DNA of 64,000 bases from Amoebophrya sp. A120 (GCA_905178155.1 CAJINV010000002.1:3601838-3665837); one strand, 5' to 3'. Positions 38,900 through 51,616 are shown, numbered from the stretch's first letter. Notes: generated from the sequence alone by a model not told the origin. Numbers and translations are program-made.

Positions 38900-39199
38900 T
38901 AGAACTAACAAAATGGAGCGTCTAATTTTTCAGAGCGATCAAAAGTTGCGGCATGGGCGCGCCTGGCATTGGTCTGAGATTGTTCCCTTCCTTCTTCCTG
39001 TGTTGAGAGAGCGAGAGATTTGAGGGCTTAAAACTTGGCGTACAGGGCAAGAAATATCTCACTACCACTACTTCGAAGCGCGAGCACTTTCGCGCTTCAT
39101 CATTTTCCCACCCATAAGTCGACAGTAGGTCGACCCGCCCTTGTGGTGTTTAAAAATGTCCGGAAAGTTTTCGCGGAGAAGCGGAAAGTTTTCGCGGAG

Positions 39200-39943
39200 C
39201 TGCTCGTGACCATCGTCATGCTTGTCATTGACGTCCATAAGGCGTACAACTCGCTGTGTGTGGCGCCGGACCAGAGGGGATTCAATCGGTTTTGTGTTTT
39301 CAACCCTCTGAAGGGTGTCTACGACTTCTACGAGGCGGCGACATTTTGCTTCGGGAACGTCCACAGCGTGGTCGGGTGGTGCAGGATTTCGGCAGCTCTG
39401 CGAGCGGTCATCGTTTTCTACGTGGGCATAGCCATTGGCGTCTATGTCGATGACTTCCCGGCCCCCGTTGCGTCTTCGGTCGCAGACTTCGCCAGGCGGT
39501 GCGCCCTTCGGGTCTTCGAAATCGTGGGGCTGGCCATCCACCCGGACAAAGTTAAAATGGCGCAGGTTCTGGAAATCCTGGGGTTGCTCTTCGACACCAC
39601 CTCTGCGCCGCCTACGTTCCGGATTTCGGAAGAACGGCGGAGGGAAATCGGGCACAAGATCAACCAGGTATTGGCCTGCGGCCACCTTCCGCGGGCAGCG
39701 GCTGAAGAACTTCACGGCAAGGTGATGTTCTGTCTCAGTGCCTTGGTTGGCCGGCAGTTCAATCCAGTGCTTCGCCCGCTTTCGAACTACATCAACTTCC
39801 CGGACTCGTCAACGGTTGGGGGCGGCTTGTCTGAGAAGCTTCGCCAATGCTTAACCAACATCAAGGCCATCCTCCAGCAGGACATTGTTAAGTCCACGAA
39901 GTTCGAGGACCCCCGCGCCCCCAACTTCGTCGCTTACACCGCT
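39200..39943 (+). mobile_element. Reverse transcriptase fragment of a DIRS/Ngaro-like retrotransposon
   Basis: IDVHKAYNSL, FCFGNVHSV, GVYVDDF, GLAIHPDK, LEILGLLFD followed by RISEERRREI...AEELHGKVMF. It breaks at NFVAYT, where the RNase H TDAS motif would begin. Confidence 0.82.
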
Positions 39944-40338
39944 TCTTTCAAATCTATCGGTTCCTCGTCGCGGTCCTTCGACCCCACAGCGGCGGGACTA
40001 TCCTACAGAAATAAATTAAGTATACCCATAGAAGTACCAGACGAAAAAATCCTGTTGCTAAAGTCCTGTCGTTGTTACCGAAAGTTATGTAAAAATGCGG
40101 AGACCAAAAGTAGAGACAGTGTTTTCATTTCTCATGCAGTGCGCAATTCGTCATTTTGGTTGACGGTTAGATATTAGTAGAGAGGTGTAAGTACTAAAAA
40201 AATTTTGTCATGGTGAACAGCCTAAGAGAGCTGCAGCTGCTGTAAACCGCAAGACCAATTCATACGTTTTTCTTCCCTACGGAGGTGTACTTTAATATTT
40301 CTCTTGGATATTAGGGACGACCGCACGAAGACGCCGGA

Positions 40339-40953
40339 ATGTTGGCGAAAGTCACAGAGTACACAGCGATACGCTTCTCCGAGTTGATTAACGGTGCCAG
40401 CGAGATCCCCCCGGGCGAAAAAGAATCCTACAAGCAATTGCTGGAAGCGGACCCGCTCACCGTGGACGAAATTCCCGACCGCGCCGAGGCGGCGTTGAGC
40501 GCCGAGCAAAAAGCCGAGCGCCTGGAGCTTGTGAAGTCCCTCAAGAACAGAGCGTTCGAAGACGCGCGCGAGCGTCAGGTCCGTGAACGGATGGAGGCCG
40601 AAGGGATAAATCCAGACGCGTTCTTCGACGGCCCTCCGTATCGCGGCGATAAAACGGCCTTCACGGGGGGCGGGAGCGTGCCGGTGACTGGCGCGATCCG
40701 CCGTGCGGAGAGCACGGAAGCTTCCAGTACCGCAGCGGGAGGGTCCAGATCCAGAAGAAGGAGGCGTCGCTATGTTAATCCAGCAGCCGCCAGTCCGGTC
40801 TACCCCGCGCTGCCACCGACGTTTCCGCCGCCCGCATTGGACTACAGTGCTGGGGTGCAGCATGACATGACGCCGCCGGCCACACCTGCGGCGCTGAAAA
40901 ACAAAACCGCGGGGGCCGCTGCTGTTGCAACTGGCGGTCCACCGGGACTGTAA
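40339..40953 (+). CDS. Chimeric ORF: retroelement-associated N-terminus fused in frame to a copy of the last ~60 codons of gene 11933-16149
   Basis: The C-terminus YVNPAAASPVYP...TGGPPGL is identical to the end of ORF 15352-16149; junction at 40770. Confidence 0.5.
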   Translation: MLAKVTEYTAIRFSELINGASEIPPGEKESYKQLLEADPLTVDEIPDRAEAALSAEQKAERLELVKSLKNRAFEDARERQVRERMEAEGINPDAFFDGPPYRGDKTAFTGGGSVPVTGAIRRAESTEASSTAAGGSRSRRRRRRYVNPAAASPVYPALPPTFPPPALDYSAGVQHDMTPPATPAALKNKTAGAAAVATGGPPGL

Positions 40954-41830
40954 GTTCTATCGATTGTCGGAGATGGAAGATCAACGGAGATTTGTTGACA
41001 ATATTCGAGCTTTCTCGGACAGTAGGGAGTTTTGCTCATGACCTTTGATAGCAATACCAAAAGAAAAATCGGATCTTTGCCGATTTTTCGGGGGAAGGTG
41101 GATACAAGAAGACGGAACTGCTTACTTTCAAAGCAATAATAGCGAGCTTTAAATAACGATAATGGATTTACTGGAAATAAAAATCGAGGTCAATTTGACC
41201 TTATCGCGGTAGATGTTGAAGCGATGAATTATCAGATTTGCTGATCGCCCACGAGAGCAGCGCGCTTTTTTTTACATTTGACTCTAGTATCTATCTAAGC
41301 AGATCCATGCCATGCAAACCTTGGACATCACCTCCTCCACGCGAAGGAAAAACAAAACTATGCGAAGAACTGGAACTGCTTTTTATCCCTACAAAATGAT
41401 ACGCCAATTCATCACAGATGAGCATGAGACGATTATAAATCTGTGACTAACTTTATCGGGAAAATGAAAATGAACCGTACTTTTAACAACTACGCTCTGT
41501 CAGCTGGACAATCTGGACGATGATCTCATTGAGAGCAAGAAGCGAGGACTGGTGTCCTCTTTCGCTTCTGTTTACGACCGAAACAAGCACAGAAGTTGTA
41601 CTACTGATTTATCAAATTATCACAAATCTTAAGCGCCGTAACTCTAGTATACCGTGTGCAGAGACGGAGTTCTTGTCGATTTTGGTTGTTTCTGTTGGAG
41701 GGCAAGACTCTTGTCCGCGACGGAAGTAACAAACTCTAAAAGAACAGTCCCTACACGCGGATAGAGATTTCGGGCTTAAAGAAAGAATCCCGGGATTTTT
41801 TGATACCAGTCAGAGAGTGCTAATGCTATT
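40770..41830 (+). repeat. 1061-bp duplicate of 15966-17026
   Basis: Constant offset of 24804 and identical ORF translations (e.g. 16716 vs 41520). Confidence 0.95.
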
Positions 41831-41834
41831 AGGC

Positions 41835-44800
41835 GCAGGTGAGCTGCAGAAGCAGTATTTATGAACGTATTCATAAACTATGCAAAATAAGTAGTAAAAC
41901 GACCAGGAGATGAACCAAACCAGTTCGAAGACTTCTTGGAAGCAAATCTTCTTCGAGTGCGATACTTTTGCACAGGATATGATGCGCCTCCGCCTGTTTG
42001 ACCGGCACTTGGAAACCCGATATGCATTGCAAATATCGATCTGGGTCTGGAAGGATGCAAGGCGAAGGTTTCTCATGCTTGTCTGCCACGACTGAAGAAT
42101 TTGTGATGCGCCTCCAAGAAGACACCCGTTTGCTTGTCATAGATACAAAAACGCAGTTTGTCATGCGAAAAACGCAACACTTACACTAAGCAGAGGAGAT
42201 ACAACTTCTCATGCGTGGCTGTCCAACATTACAGAGCATTCACTAGTCCCACCCCAGCATTACAACTTTCCAGACCCAGACACATTTTCATTTGGACACC
42301 CGAAAGGAGATCTTGAAAGCCCGCGCCGGGCAAGAAAAAATCCAGAAGAAGCCCGCGCCGGTCCAGATCCAGAAGAAGGAGGCGTCGCAAAAGGGAATTA
42401 CAAACTCCATCCCTCATGCGTTCCAAATTGCTCACGCATTACAAATTCCATGAAGAATGGAATTTGTAAGGTGTAGGCCGCAGCCTGGAGGAGTGGAGTT
42501 CTGTAATGCGGAACGTTCGCGACTTTTTCACAGAAAAAGTTGCATGAGTTCCAGCTTCCGTGACATCAGAAAAAGCGCGGCATTTTAAGGTCAAAAATTG
42601 AATGCTTCTTCTGGATTGCTTATCCGCCTCTAGCGCTGTCTTTTCGGCGTGTTGTTTTTTGACCTGTTTTCTGTGTTGTTTTTTGACCTGTTCTCTGTGT
42701 TGTTTTTTGACCTGTTCTCTGTGCCGTTTTTTGACCTGTTCGGGTACTTGTCCTGGAACCTGTTCCGCAGCTTGTCTGTGGAAACGGCCTCTGGTGGGTG
42801 TATTCGCACAGATAACGCCTTATCGTGCACAGATAGCAAGTTATCGCGAACAAATGGCCCAAAAGTGCACAGATGGGACGCCATCGCGCGGAAATGGCCT
42901 AAAGCCACGCAGATAAGTAGTCCTGTTGCACGAGTAAGCACCTCGGCCGTCTTTGTGGGTATTTTAGAACGGAACGCAGCGCGGGGTCTGATCGTCGTGC
43001 GCGATGACAAGACCAATAAGACTACTTCAAGAGGCGCGTGTAGTGTGGTCGAAGGGTTTTGCGCTTTCGGAAGTGCAAAACTGGCCGCGGACGGTCCCGG
43101 AGGCGTTCAATTAAGAAATTTGGGAGCTGTTTCGGGAGCTGAGTTTTTTGCACCTTTAAAGTACCGCAGCGGGAGGGTCCAGATCCAGAAGAAGGAGGCG
43201 TCGCCACTCTGCTCCTCCGACGCCCGGCGGCGCTACTATCCTGAGGAAAAAGTGTCTCATGCAGGATAGGCATGATAGAACTCTCACAGAATCTGTAATG
43301 CTATGTCCTACATACCAGGCCTCGCGGGTCATGGAAAAGAACCTGCATGACAAGCCTGGCATTCTTCCAGACCCAGACACTTTTGCATTTGATACTCCCT
43401 GCGGCTGCACGACCCGCTGAGGGAAGCCGCAGCTTGATTGTGGACTTTGGTTTATGATACAAGAAGACCAAGGCATCGCTCTGCAGAGCAGGTGAGCTGC
43501 AGAAGCAGTATTTATGAACGTATTCATAAACTATGCAAAATAAGTAGTAAAACGACCAGGAGATGAACCAAACCAGTTCGAAGACTTCTTGGAAGCAAAT
43601 CTTCTTCGAGTGCGATACTTTTGCACAGGATATGATGCGCCTCCGCCTGTTTGACCGGCACTTGGAAACCCGATATGCATTGCAAATATCGATCTGGGTC
43701 TGGAAGGATGCAAGGCGAAGGTTTCTCATGCTTGTCTGCCACGACTGAAGAATTTGTGATGCGCCTCCAAGAAGACACCCGTTTGCTTGTCATAGATACA
43801 AAAACGCAGTTTGTCATGCGAAAAACGCAACACTTACACTAAGCAGAGGAGATACAACTTCTCATGCGTGGCTGTCCAACATTACAGAGCATTCACTAGT
43901 CCCACCCCAGCATTACAACTTTCCAGACCCAGACACATTTTCATTTGGACACCCGAAAGGAGATCTTGAAAGCCCGCGCCGGGCAAGAAAAAATCCAGAA
44001 GAAGCCCGCGCCGGTCCAGATCCAGAAGAAGGAGGCGTCGCAAAAGGGAATTACAAACTCCATCCCTCATGCGTTCCAAATTGCTCACGCATTACAAATT
44101 CCATGAAGAATGGAATTTGTAAGGTGTAGGCCGCAGCCTGGAGGAGTGGAGTTCTGTAATGCGGAACGTTCGCGACTTTTTCACAGAAAAAGTTGCATGA
44201 GTTCCAGCTTCCGTGACATCAGAAAAAGCGCGGCATTTTAAGGTCAAAAATTGAATGCTTCTTCTGGATTGCTTATCCGCCTCTAGCGCTGTCTTTTCGG
44301 CGTGTTGTTTTTTGACCTGTTTTCTGTGTTGTTTTTTGACCTGTTCTCTGTGTTGTTTTTTGACCTGTTCTCTGTGCCGTTTTTTGACCTGTTCGGGTAC
44401 TTGTCCTGGAACCTGTTCCGCAGCTTGTCTGTGGAAACGGCCTCTGGTGGGTGTATTCGCACAGATAACGCCTTATCGTGCACAGATAGCAAGTTATCGC
44501 GAACAAATGGCCCAAAAGTGCACAGATGGGACGCCATCGCGCGGAAATGGCCTAAAGCCACGCAGATAAGTAGTCCTGTTGCACGAGTAAGCACCTCGGC
44601 CGTCTTTGTGGGTATTTTAGAACGGAACGCAGCGCGGGGTCTGATCGTCGTGCGCGATGACAAGACCAATAAGACTACTTCAAGAGGCGCGTGTAGTGTG
44701 GTCGAAGGGTTTTGCGCTTTCGGAAGTGCAAAACTGGCCGCGGACGGTCCCGGAGGCGTTCAATTAAGAAATTTGGGAGCTGTTTCGGGAGCTGAGTTTT

Positions 44801-47347
44801 TTGCACCTTTAAAGTACCGCAGCGGGAGGGTCCAGATCCAGAAGAAGGAGGCGTCGCCACTCTGCTCCTCCGACGCCCGGCGGCGCTACTATCCTGAGGA
44901 AAAAGTGTCTCATGCAGGATAGGCATGATAGAACTCTCACAGAATCTGTAATGCTATGTCCTACATACCAGGCCTCGCGGGTCATGGAAAAGAACCTGCA
45001 TGACAAGCCTGGCATTCTTCCAGACCCAGACACTTTTGCATTTGATACTCCCTGCGGCTGCACGACCCGCTGAGGGAAGCCGCAGCTTGATTGTGGACTT
45101 TGGTTTATGATACAAGAAGACCAAGGCATCGCTCTGCAGAGCAGGTGAGCTGCAGAAGCAGTATTTATGAACGTATTCATAAACTATGCAAAATAAGTAG
45201 TAAAACGACCAGGAGATGAACCAAACCAGTTCGAAGACTTCTTGGAAGCAAATCTTCTTCGAGTGCGATACTTTTGCACAGGATATGATGCGCCTCCGCC
45301 TGTTTGACCGGCACTTGGAAACCCGATATGCATTGCAAATATCGATCTGGGTCTGGAAGGATGCAAGGCGAAGGTTTCTCATGCTTGTCTGCCACGACTG
45401 AAGAATTTGTGATGCGCCTCCAAGAAGACACCCGTTTGCTTGTCATAGATACAAAAACGCAGTTTGTCATGCGAAAAACGCAACACTTACACTAAGCAGA
45501 GGAGATACAACTTCTCATGCGTGGCTGTCCAACATTACAGAGCATTCACTAGTCCCACCCCAGCATTACAACTTTCCAGACCCAGACACATTTTCATTTG
45601 GACACCCGAAAGGAGATCTTGAAAGCCCGCGCCGGGCAAGAAAAAATCCAGAAGAAGCCCGCGCCGGTCCAGATCCAGAAGAAGGAGGCGTCGCAAAAGG
45701 GAATTACAAACTCCATCCCTCATGCGTTCCAAATTGCTCACGCATTACAAATTCCATGAAGAATGGAATTTGTAAGGTGTAGGCCGCAGCCTGGAGGAGT
45801 GGAGTTCTGTAATGCGGAACGTTCGCGACTTTTTCACAGAAAAAGTTGCATGAGTTCCAGCTTCCGTGACATCAGAAAAAGCGCGGCATTTTAAGGTCAA
45901 AAATTGAATGCTTCTTCTGGATTGCTTATCCGCCTCTAGCGCTGTCTTTTCGGCGTGTTGTTTTTTGACCTGTTTTCTGTGTTGTTTTTTGACCTGTTCT
46001 CTGTGTTGTTTTTTGACCTGTTCTCTGTGCCGTTTTTTGACCTGTTCGGGTACTTGTCCTGGAACCTGTTCCGCAGCTTGTCTGTGGAAACGGCCTCTGG
46101 TGGGTGTATTCGCACAGATAACGCCTTATCGTGCACAGATAGCAAGTTATCGCGAACAAATGGCCCAAAAGTGCACAGATGGGACGCCATCGCGCGGAAA
46201 TGGCCTAAAGCCACGCAGATAAGTAGTCCTGTTGCACGAGTAAGCACCTCGGCCGTCTTTGTGGGTATTTTAGAACGGAACGCAGCGCGGGGTCTGATCG
46301 TCGTGCGCGATGACAAGACCAATAAGACTACTTCAAGAGGCGCGTGTAGTGTGGTCGAAGGGTTTTGCGCTTTCGGAAGTGCAAAACTGGCCGCGGACGG
46401 TCCCGGAGGCGTTCAATTAAGAAATTTGGGAGCTGTTTCGGGAGCTGAGTTTTTTGCACCTTTAAAGTACCGCAGCGGGAGGGTCCAGATCCAGAAGAAG
46501 GAGGCGTCGCCACTCTGCTCCTCCGACGCCCGGCGGCGCTACTATCCTGAGGAAAAAGTGTCTCATGCAGGATAGGCATGATAGAACTCTCACAGAATCT
46601 GTAATGCTATGTCCTACATACCAGGCCTCGCGGGTCATGGAAAAGAACCTGCATGACAAGCCTGGCATTCTTCCAGACCCAGACACTTTTGCATTTGATA
46701 CTCCCTGCGGCTGCACGACCCGCTGAGGGAAGCCGCAGCTTGATTGTGGACTTTGGTTTATGATACAAGAAGACCAAGGCATCGCTCTGCAGAGCAGGTG
46801 AGCTGCAGAAGCAGTATTTATGAACGTATTCATAAACTATGCAAAATAAGTAGTAAAACGACCAGGAGATGAACCAAACCAGTTCGAAGACTTCTTGGAA
46901 GCAAATCTTCTTCGAGTGCGATACTTTTGCACAGGATATGATGCGCCTCCGCCTGTTTGACCGGCACTTGGAAACCCGATATGCATTGCAAATATCGATC
47001 TGGGTCTGGAAGGATGCAAGGCGAAGGTTTCTCATGCTTGTCTGCCACGACTGAAGAATTTGTGATGCGCCTCCAAGAAGACACCCGTTTGCTTGTCATA
47101 GATACAAAAACGCAGTTTGTCATGCGAAAAACGCAACACTTACACTAAGCAGAGGAGATACAACTTCTCATGCGTGGCTGTCCAACATTACAGAGCATTC
47201 ACTAGTCCCACCCCAGCATTACAACTTTCCAGACCCAGACACATTTTCATTTGGACACCCGAAAGGAGATCTTGAAAGCCCGCGCCGGGCAAGAAAAAAT
47301 CCAGAAGAAGCCCGCGCCGGTCCAGATCCAGAAGAAGGAGGCGTCGC
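41835..47347 (+). repeat. Tandem array, 1653-bp unit x ~3.3
   Basis: Identical ORF sets recur every 1653 bp (42602/44255/45908). The unit includes a copy of ~25130-25872. Confidence 0.96.
42649..42744. repeat. 24-bp minisatellite (GTGTTGTTTTTTGACCTGTTCTCT x4), recurring in each array unit
   Basis: Read directly from the sequence. Confidence 0.9.
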
Positions 47348-47639
47348 TCGGGTGGGCCTTGTTTATCATGCAGAAACTGCAAGGCATGGAGCGCCTCTCT
47401 TGCAGGGATGGCAAGCGAGGCCAACTGTCAGCCTGTTTGGGGTCTGCCTCTGCGATAGAGCTACTAAACTAGCATGACAAAAAATGCCTGCTGTCCCTAG
47501 ACAGCATGACAAACTGGATTTAGACGGCGCCGAAATTTGTCATGCACCGCTTAGAAATTGGGCTTCCAACTGGGATCGACTTTATGCATTACGAGTTATT
47601 TCAACGTTGTCGATTTCAATCCTGACACCCCCATACCAT

Positions 47640-49710
47640 GGATTTGTGTTGTACACGGAGACGGACACGGAATCGCACGACGAAATCATCGACGAAATCC
47701 CGCTGATCGAGGTGCAGTTTTCCGACCGCACCCTGCTCCGCATATGCATTGCAAATATGTCCGGGTCTGGAAGGATGCAACTTGTGATGCTGTCATCTTT
47801 GGATGCTAGAAAAATCTGTATTGCATGACCAGCAAGAGGACTCCAGTTTGTGCTACGCCACGAAAAGGGCATTTGTCATGCGGAAGAGGCATCAGCAAGC
47901 CATCTGCAAGTTTGTGATGCTAGGGCGTGCATTACAGACGTCATGGGTAATACAAAACCTGCATGACAAGTCTAGCACTCGTCTTCCAGACCCAGTAGAC
48001 ACATTTGCACTTGATACCGCATCGCCAACTACAATGATTGGCACCGGGGCCGGAAGCACGGCAAAGACCAGGGGCTGCGGCGGTCGATGGACCTCGAGCG
48101 GTACATCCGCGACGGGGGGAAACGGTACGTGAAGGAGTACTTCCAAACTGGGACGAACACTGACGGCTCCGCCTCGCCCAACAAGTACCCGTTATCTCCC
48201 CTGGTTTCCGGGCACAAAATGGCAGCAGCCTCTACTTCCTCTTCCACTTCCCTTGCGATCTACGACCCGAAGAAGGCCGGGTCGAACCAATTGGTTATCA
48301 AGAACGATCCAGCTTCTACGAAAAACCACCGGCTGTACGAATGTGTTTCCTCCTTCTCCGTACCGGGCCAGCCGAAATTCGTGCTGATCGACAACCCGTG
48401 GAAATTCGCCGTGGCTTTACGCAATGCAAAAGCATCGTACTAGTATAGATTGCATTACAAATTGACTTAGCATGACAAATTGAATTTGTAATGCGGATTT
48501 GCATAAAGAAAGAGATATGTAATGCATAAACGCAATTAGTACGAGTGCGATACTTTTGCACAGGATAGACTTTGGGCAATGTGGATTTGTTGCAGAAGTT
48601 ACTCTCCACCTACCCTCAGTACTCTCCCGAGGCGTGTTTGGACGGAAGCCGGATCTACGACTTGCTGTTTTCCCAAGACCCAACGCGGTACGGGCAAATG
48701 GCCGTGCAGTTTTCCCGGCAGTCGGCCACGCGGATGTTGGAATTTTTGTTGGCCCACCCGCTGTCCAACCCGCATTGGTGGTTGCACATGCTGCTCGTCT
48801 GCTTCCACGAGTCGCAGCAGGGTTCTTACACGTACAATCTGATGACGGGGAAAACTGCGGCGCGGGAGTTGCCGATGGACTATGTGAATTTGATCCTGGC
48901 CGCGGTCGGGCTGTCGACAAAACATCGCTCCGTGCGGTCAGATATCCTGTGCAAAAGTATCGTACTCGTATATTGCAATCATGCATTACAAATCTTGTTC
49001 TTAAGCAAAATCCGCATGACAAATTCAGAAAGGGGTAAATAGCATAGGAATCCTCGAGTTTCCAAATTTGTATTGCAAGAGGCGCAAAATATTCCCGCGG
49101 TAATTTTGCTGCTCTTGCATTACAAATTCATGTACCAGTTGAGAATGTAACATTTGAGAACGCCATATGGGACAACCATGCGTTCTCGAACGACGACCCC
49201 AGGCCGTTGGACATGGACGTGTTTTGGAAGCCGCTGTTTCTTGTCTTAAACCACGACGATGTCGACGTCAACCACGTTTCTCCTTCCACGGGCAAGACCG
49301 CTCTCCACCTCGCGTGCTTGTCCGGGAACGTGGAGGCGGTGGAGTTGCTTTTGAAGCACCCCTTGCTCAAACTCGACATCAAAGCGGGTCACAACGACGG
49401 CAGAACCGCGCTCGACATCGCGCTCGACCAGGAAATGCGGAAGGATTTGAACCCGGAAGAGATGCAGCGGCGGATTTTGCTGACTGACATTCTCTTACTG
49501 GATTCCCGTATGATGCCAACTATGACGAAAAAGTCTGGAAGGGGAGTGTCCGGCGGAGGCAGTGGGGGTAATGTTTCAGGGGGTCGGTCCTCTGGAGGCG
49601 CTTCCAGCTCGAAGGCCAGCCCCAGTTCCTCGCCGAAGCTAAACGCCACAGCGTACATGCGCGCCATCCCCGGGTCCCCGACGGACATGTATCACAAGAA
49701 AAAGTGTTAA
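47640..49710 (+). CDS. Ankyrin-repeat protein (5' end missing or displaced), 3 internal introners
   Basis: In-frame joins TLLR|IANY, AVA|LGNVD, RSD|NHAF. Ankyrin motifs DVNHVSPSTGKTALHLACLSGNVEAVELLLKHP and DGRTALDIA. Confidence 0.78.
47743..48016. mobile_element. Introner family A
   Basis: Family-A TIRs; TSD ccgca. Confidence 0.92.
48418..48567. mobile_element. Introner family B
   Basis: Family-B TIRs; TSD ggctt/gactt. Confidence 0.9.
48943..49167. mobile_element. Hybrid introner: family-B left end, family-H right end
   Basis: Left TATCCTGTGCAAAAGTATCGTACTCG; right TTGAGAATGTAACATTTGAGAACGCCATA, as in 51715-51963. Confidence 0.85.
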
Positions 49711-51616
49711 CGTTAACGGACCCTCCCGCACGGAAGCTTCCAGTACCGCAGCGGGAGGGTCCAGATCCAGAAGAAGGAGGCGTCGCCACTCTGCTCCCCC
49801 GACGCCCGGCGGCGCTACTATCCTGAGGAAAAAGTGTCCCACATCATACACATTAACCAGAGTCAAGATTTAAAGTCGCTACATAAGGCGACAAGATTCG
49901 GCAGTTGTTGCACAGTACAACTTCTTTACTTTGCTGGGCCTTTAGAAGAAGAAGAAGTGGACGAGTAGTCGTTGTTTATATCTCCTGCAACCGCGTCGCA
50001 AATCAATGCTCTTATTCTGATTAGGGCATGACAAACTCGTCCCACATGGACTTCGAAGACGTTTCGCATGGGGCTGCATATCAGACAAATTTTGGGGTTG
50101 CAGATTTGAATCAGGGCCAACATGGGGGGGGACCTTTTTCCTCTCCATATGCGCGCATGGAGGCCTACGTGAGCCCCTGCTAGGTGGAAGAGTGAGAAGA
50201 AGCTACTTGCCTCCGTCCTTGCCGCACCCGCGAGGGCCGGGGCGGCCGGCTTTGCTGCGATACTATGTGATTGGAAAAAAGAAAAACAAGGACAAGATCT
50301 TCAGAAAAACAAGTCAGAGGGGAGAGTACTTCGAATTTCAAGAAGCATCCCAGTGATGCGAATACTTTTACCTTTACGACCACTTAACTTAGGTGTGCTG
50401 TACAATACTTTTACTTCAGACATAGATAAATCATACCGGCGGACTGGTACTTCCACTTTATTTGAGAGAAACATTCGTAAATGTAGTTACATTGATCACG
50501 CACTAAGTTGCACTAAGCACATCTTCATCCTTTGTGCCGTTTTGTCTTGTTACCCAACATAAAGCTTTACGTTGCGTTGCCCCCCAAAAACTACATCGCT
50601 GTTGCTTGTCTAGGTCCCAGTTAGTGCGTAGAACAGTAAGAAAGCGGTTTAACATTATCAAGGGTTTTCTGCTTGTTCTGCCGATTACTGATCGTGACCT
50701 GCTTGCCCACAGGACTCCTGCACGATGATAGCCATAGTCCTCTGTGAGAAGCAAGAATTTGATTATCGTCGTCACAAGGGGAGGACGCTCCTGCGCATGT
50801 AGTTCATCAAAAACCGTGCTTTCTTTCTAAAGGAGGAAAGCCAAAATCTTGTAGTGAAAGACTTTGAAAATATTGACCCCCGGCAAGCAACACCGCTCTC
50901 CGCCCGGAAAAGAAGATGATAAAAAACAGATGTCTCCAGCACGACAGGACATCTTCACCCCGCGCCGGCGTTCTTTTGTTCACGAAGTAGATCACGCCTC
51001 ATTTTCCCTCCATAGGGAACTTCAGCTTGCTTTTCGTGGCTGTAACCGATCCGCGCGAAGAGAAGGAGAACGATTTCGTGCGACGGCGAAAAAAATGCAG
51101 CTCGAGTAGTTCTCATGATCTCCTGTGTACCTATAATTCTCGATCTTCGATATGATATCCAGCAAGGCGTGGAAAAGTGGAAGGTTTCTCTTGATTCCTG
51201 CTCTGGCTGCAGCTGATAAAGAACTCCTTCAGATTCTTGATAAGTACATCAAATAGCATCCAATGCCAGACATAATGTGATCGCAAAATTTTTACATATT
51301 AATTTACGCTCATCTTATTCCATTATTTTTTGCATTTTGACGAAGCTTTTTTTTTTTGACGACCACCCCTCTGATTGTTTCCTCCACAGTCCTCTTGAAA
51401 GAATTTCAACCTCTCTGTACACCCATTTATGTATGGGAGATCCATTTTTGACTTCTTTTTCCCAAAAATCTATAGTAAAAAAAGCGCCTAGCTCTCGAAC
51501 CTTTAGAAGAGCATCTATTTATTGTGTGGCGTCGTGTCCATTTCAATCTAAATAAATTAATCTGTTGCGAATGGTGCGTGGATAAATATTCTAGAACTAG
51601 CTAAAGGTAGGCTAAG

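Noticed and set aside
42602-46579. Repeated 104-206 aa ORFs (MLFFDLFSV..., NRSKNNTE...) as genes
   Set aside because: They arise from a 24-bp minisatellite open in several frames; no recognisable domain.
49977-50149. Additional family-C-like element
   Set aside because: Only a degenerate right end is visible; left end and TSD cannot be assigned.
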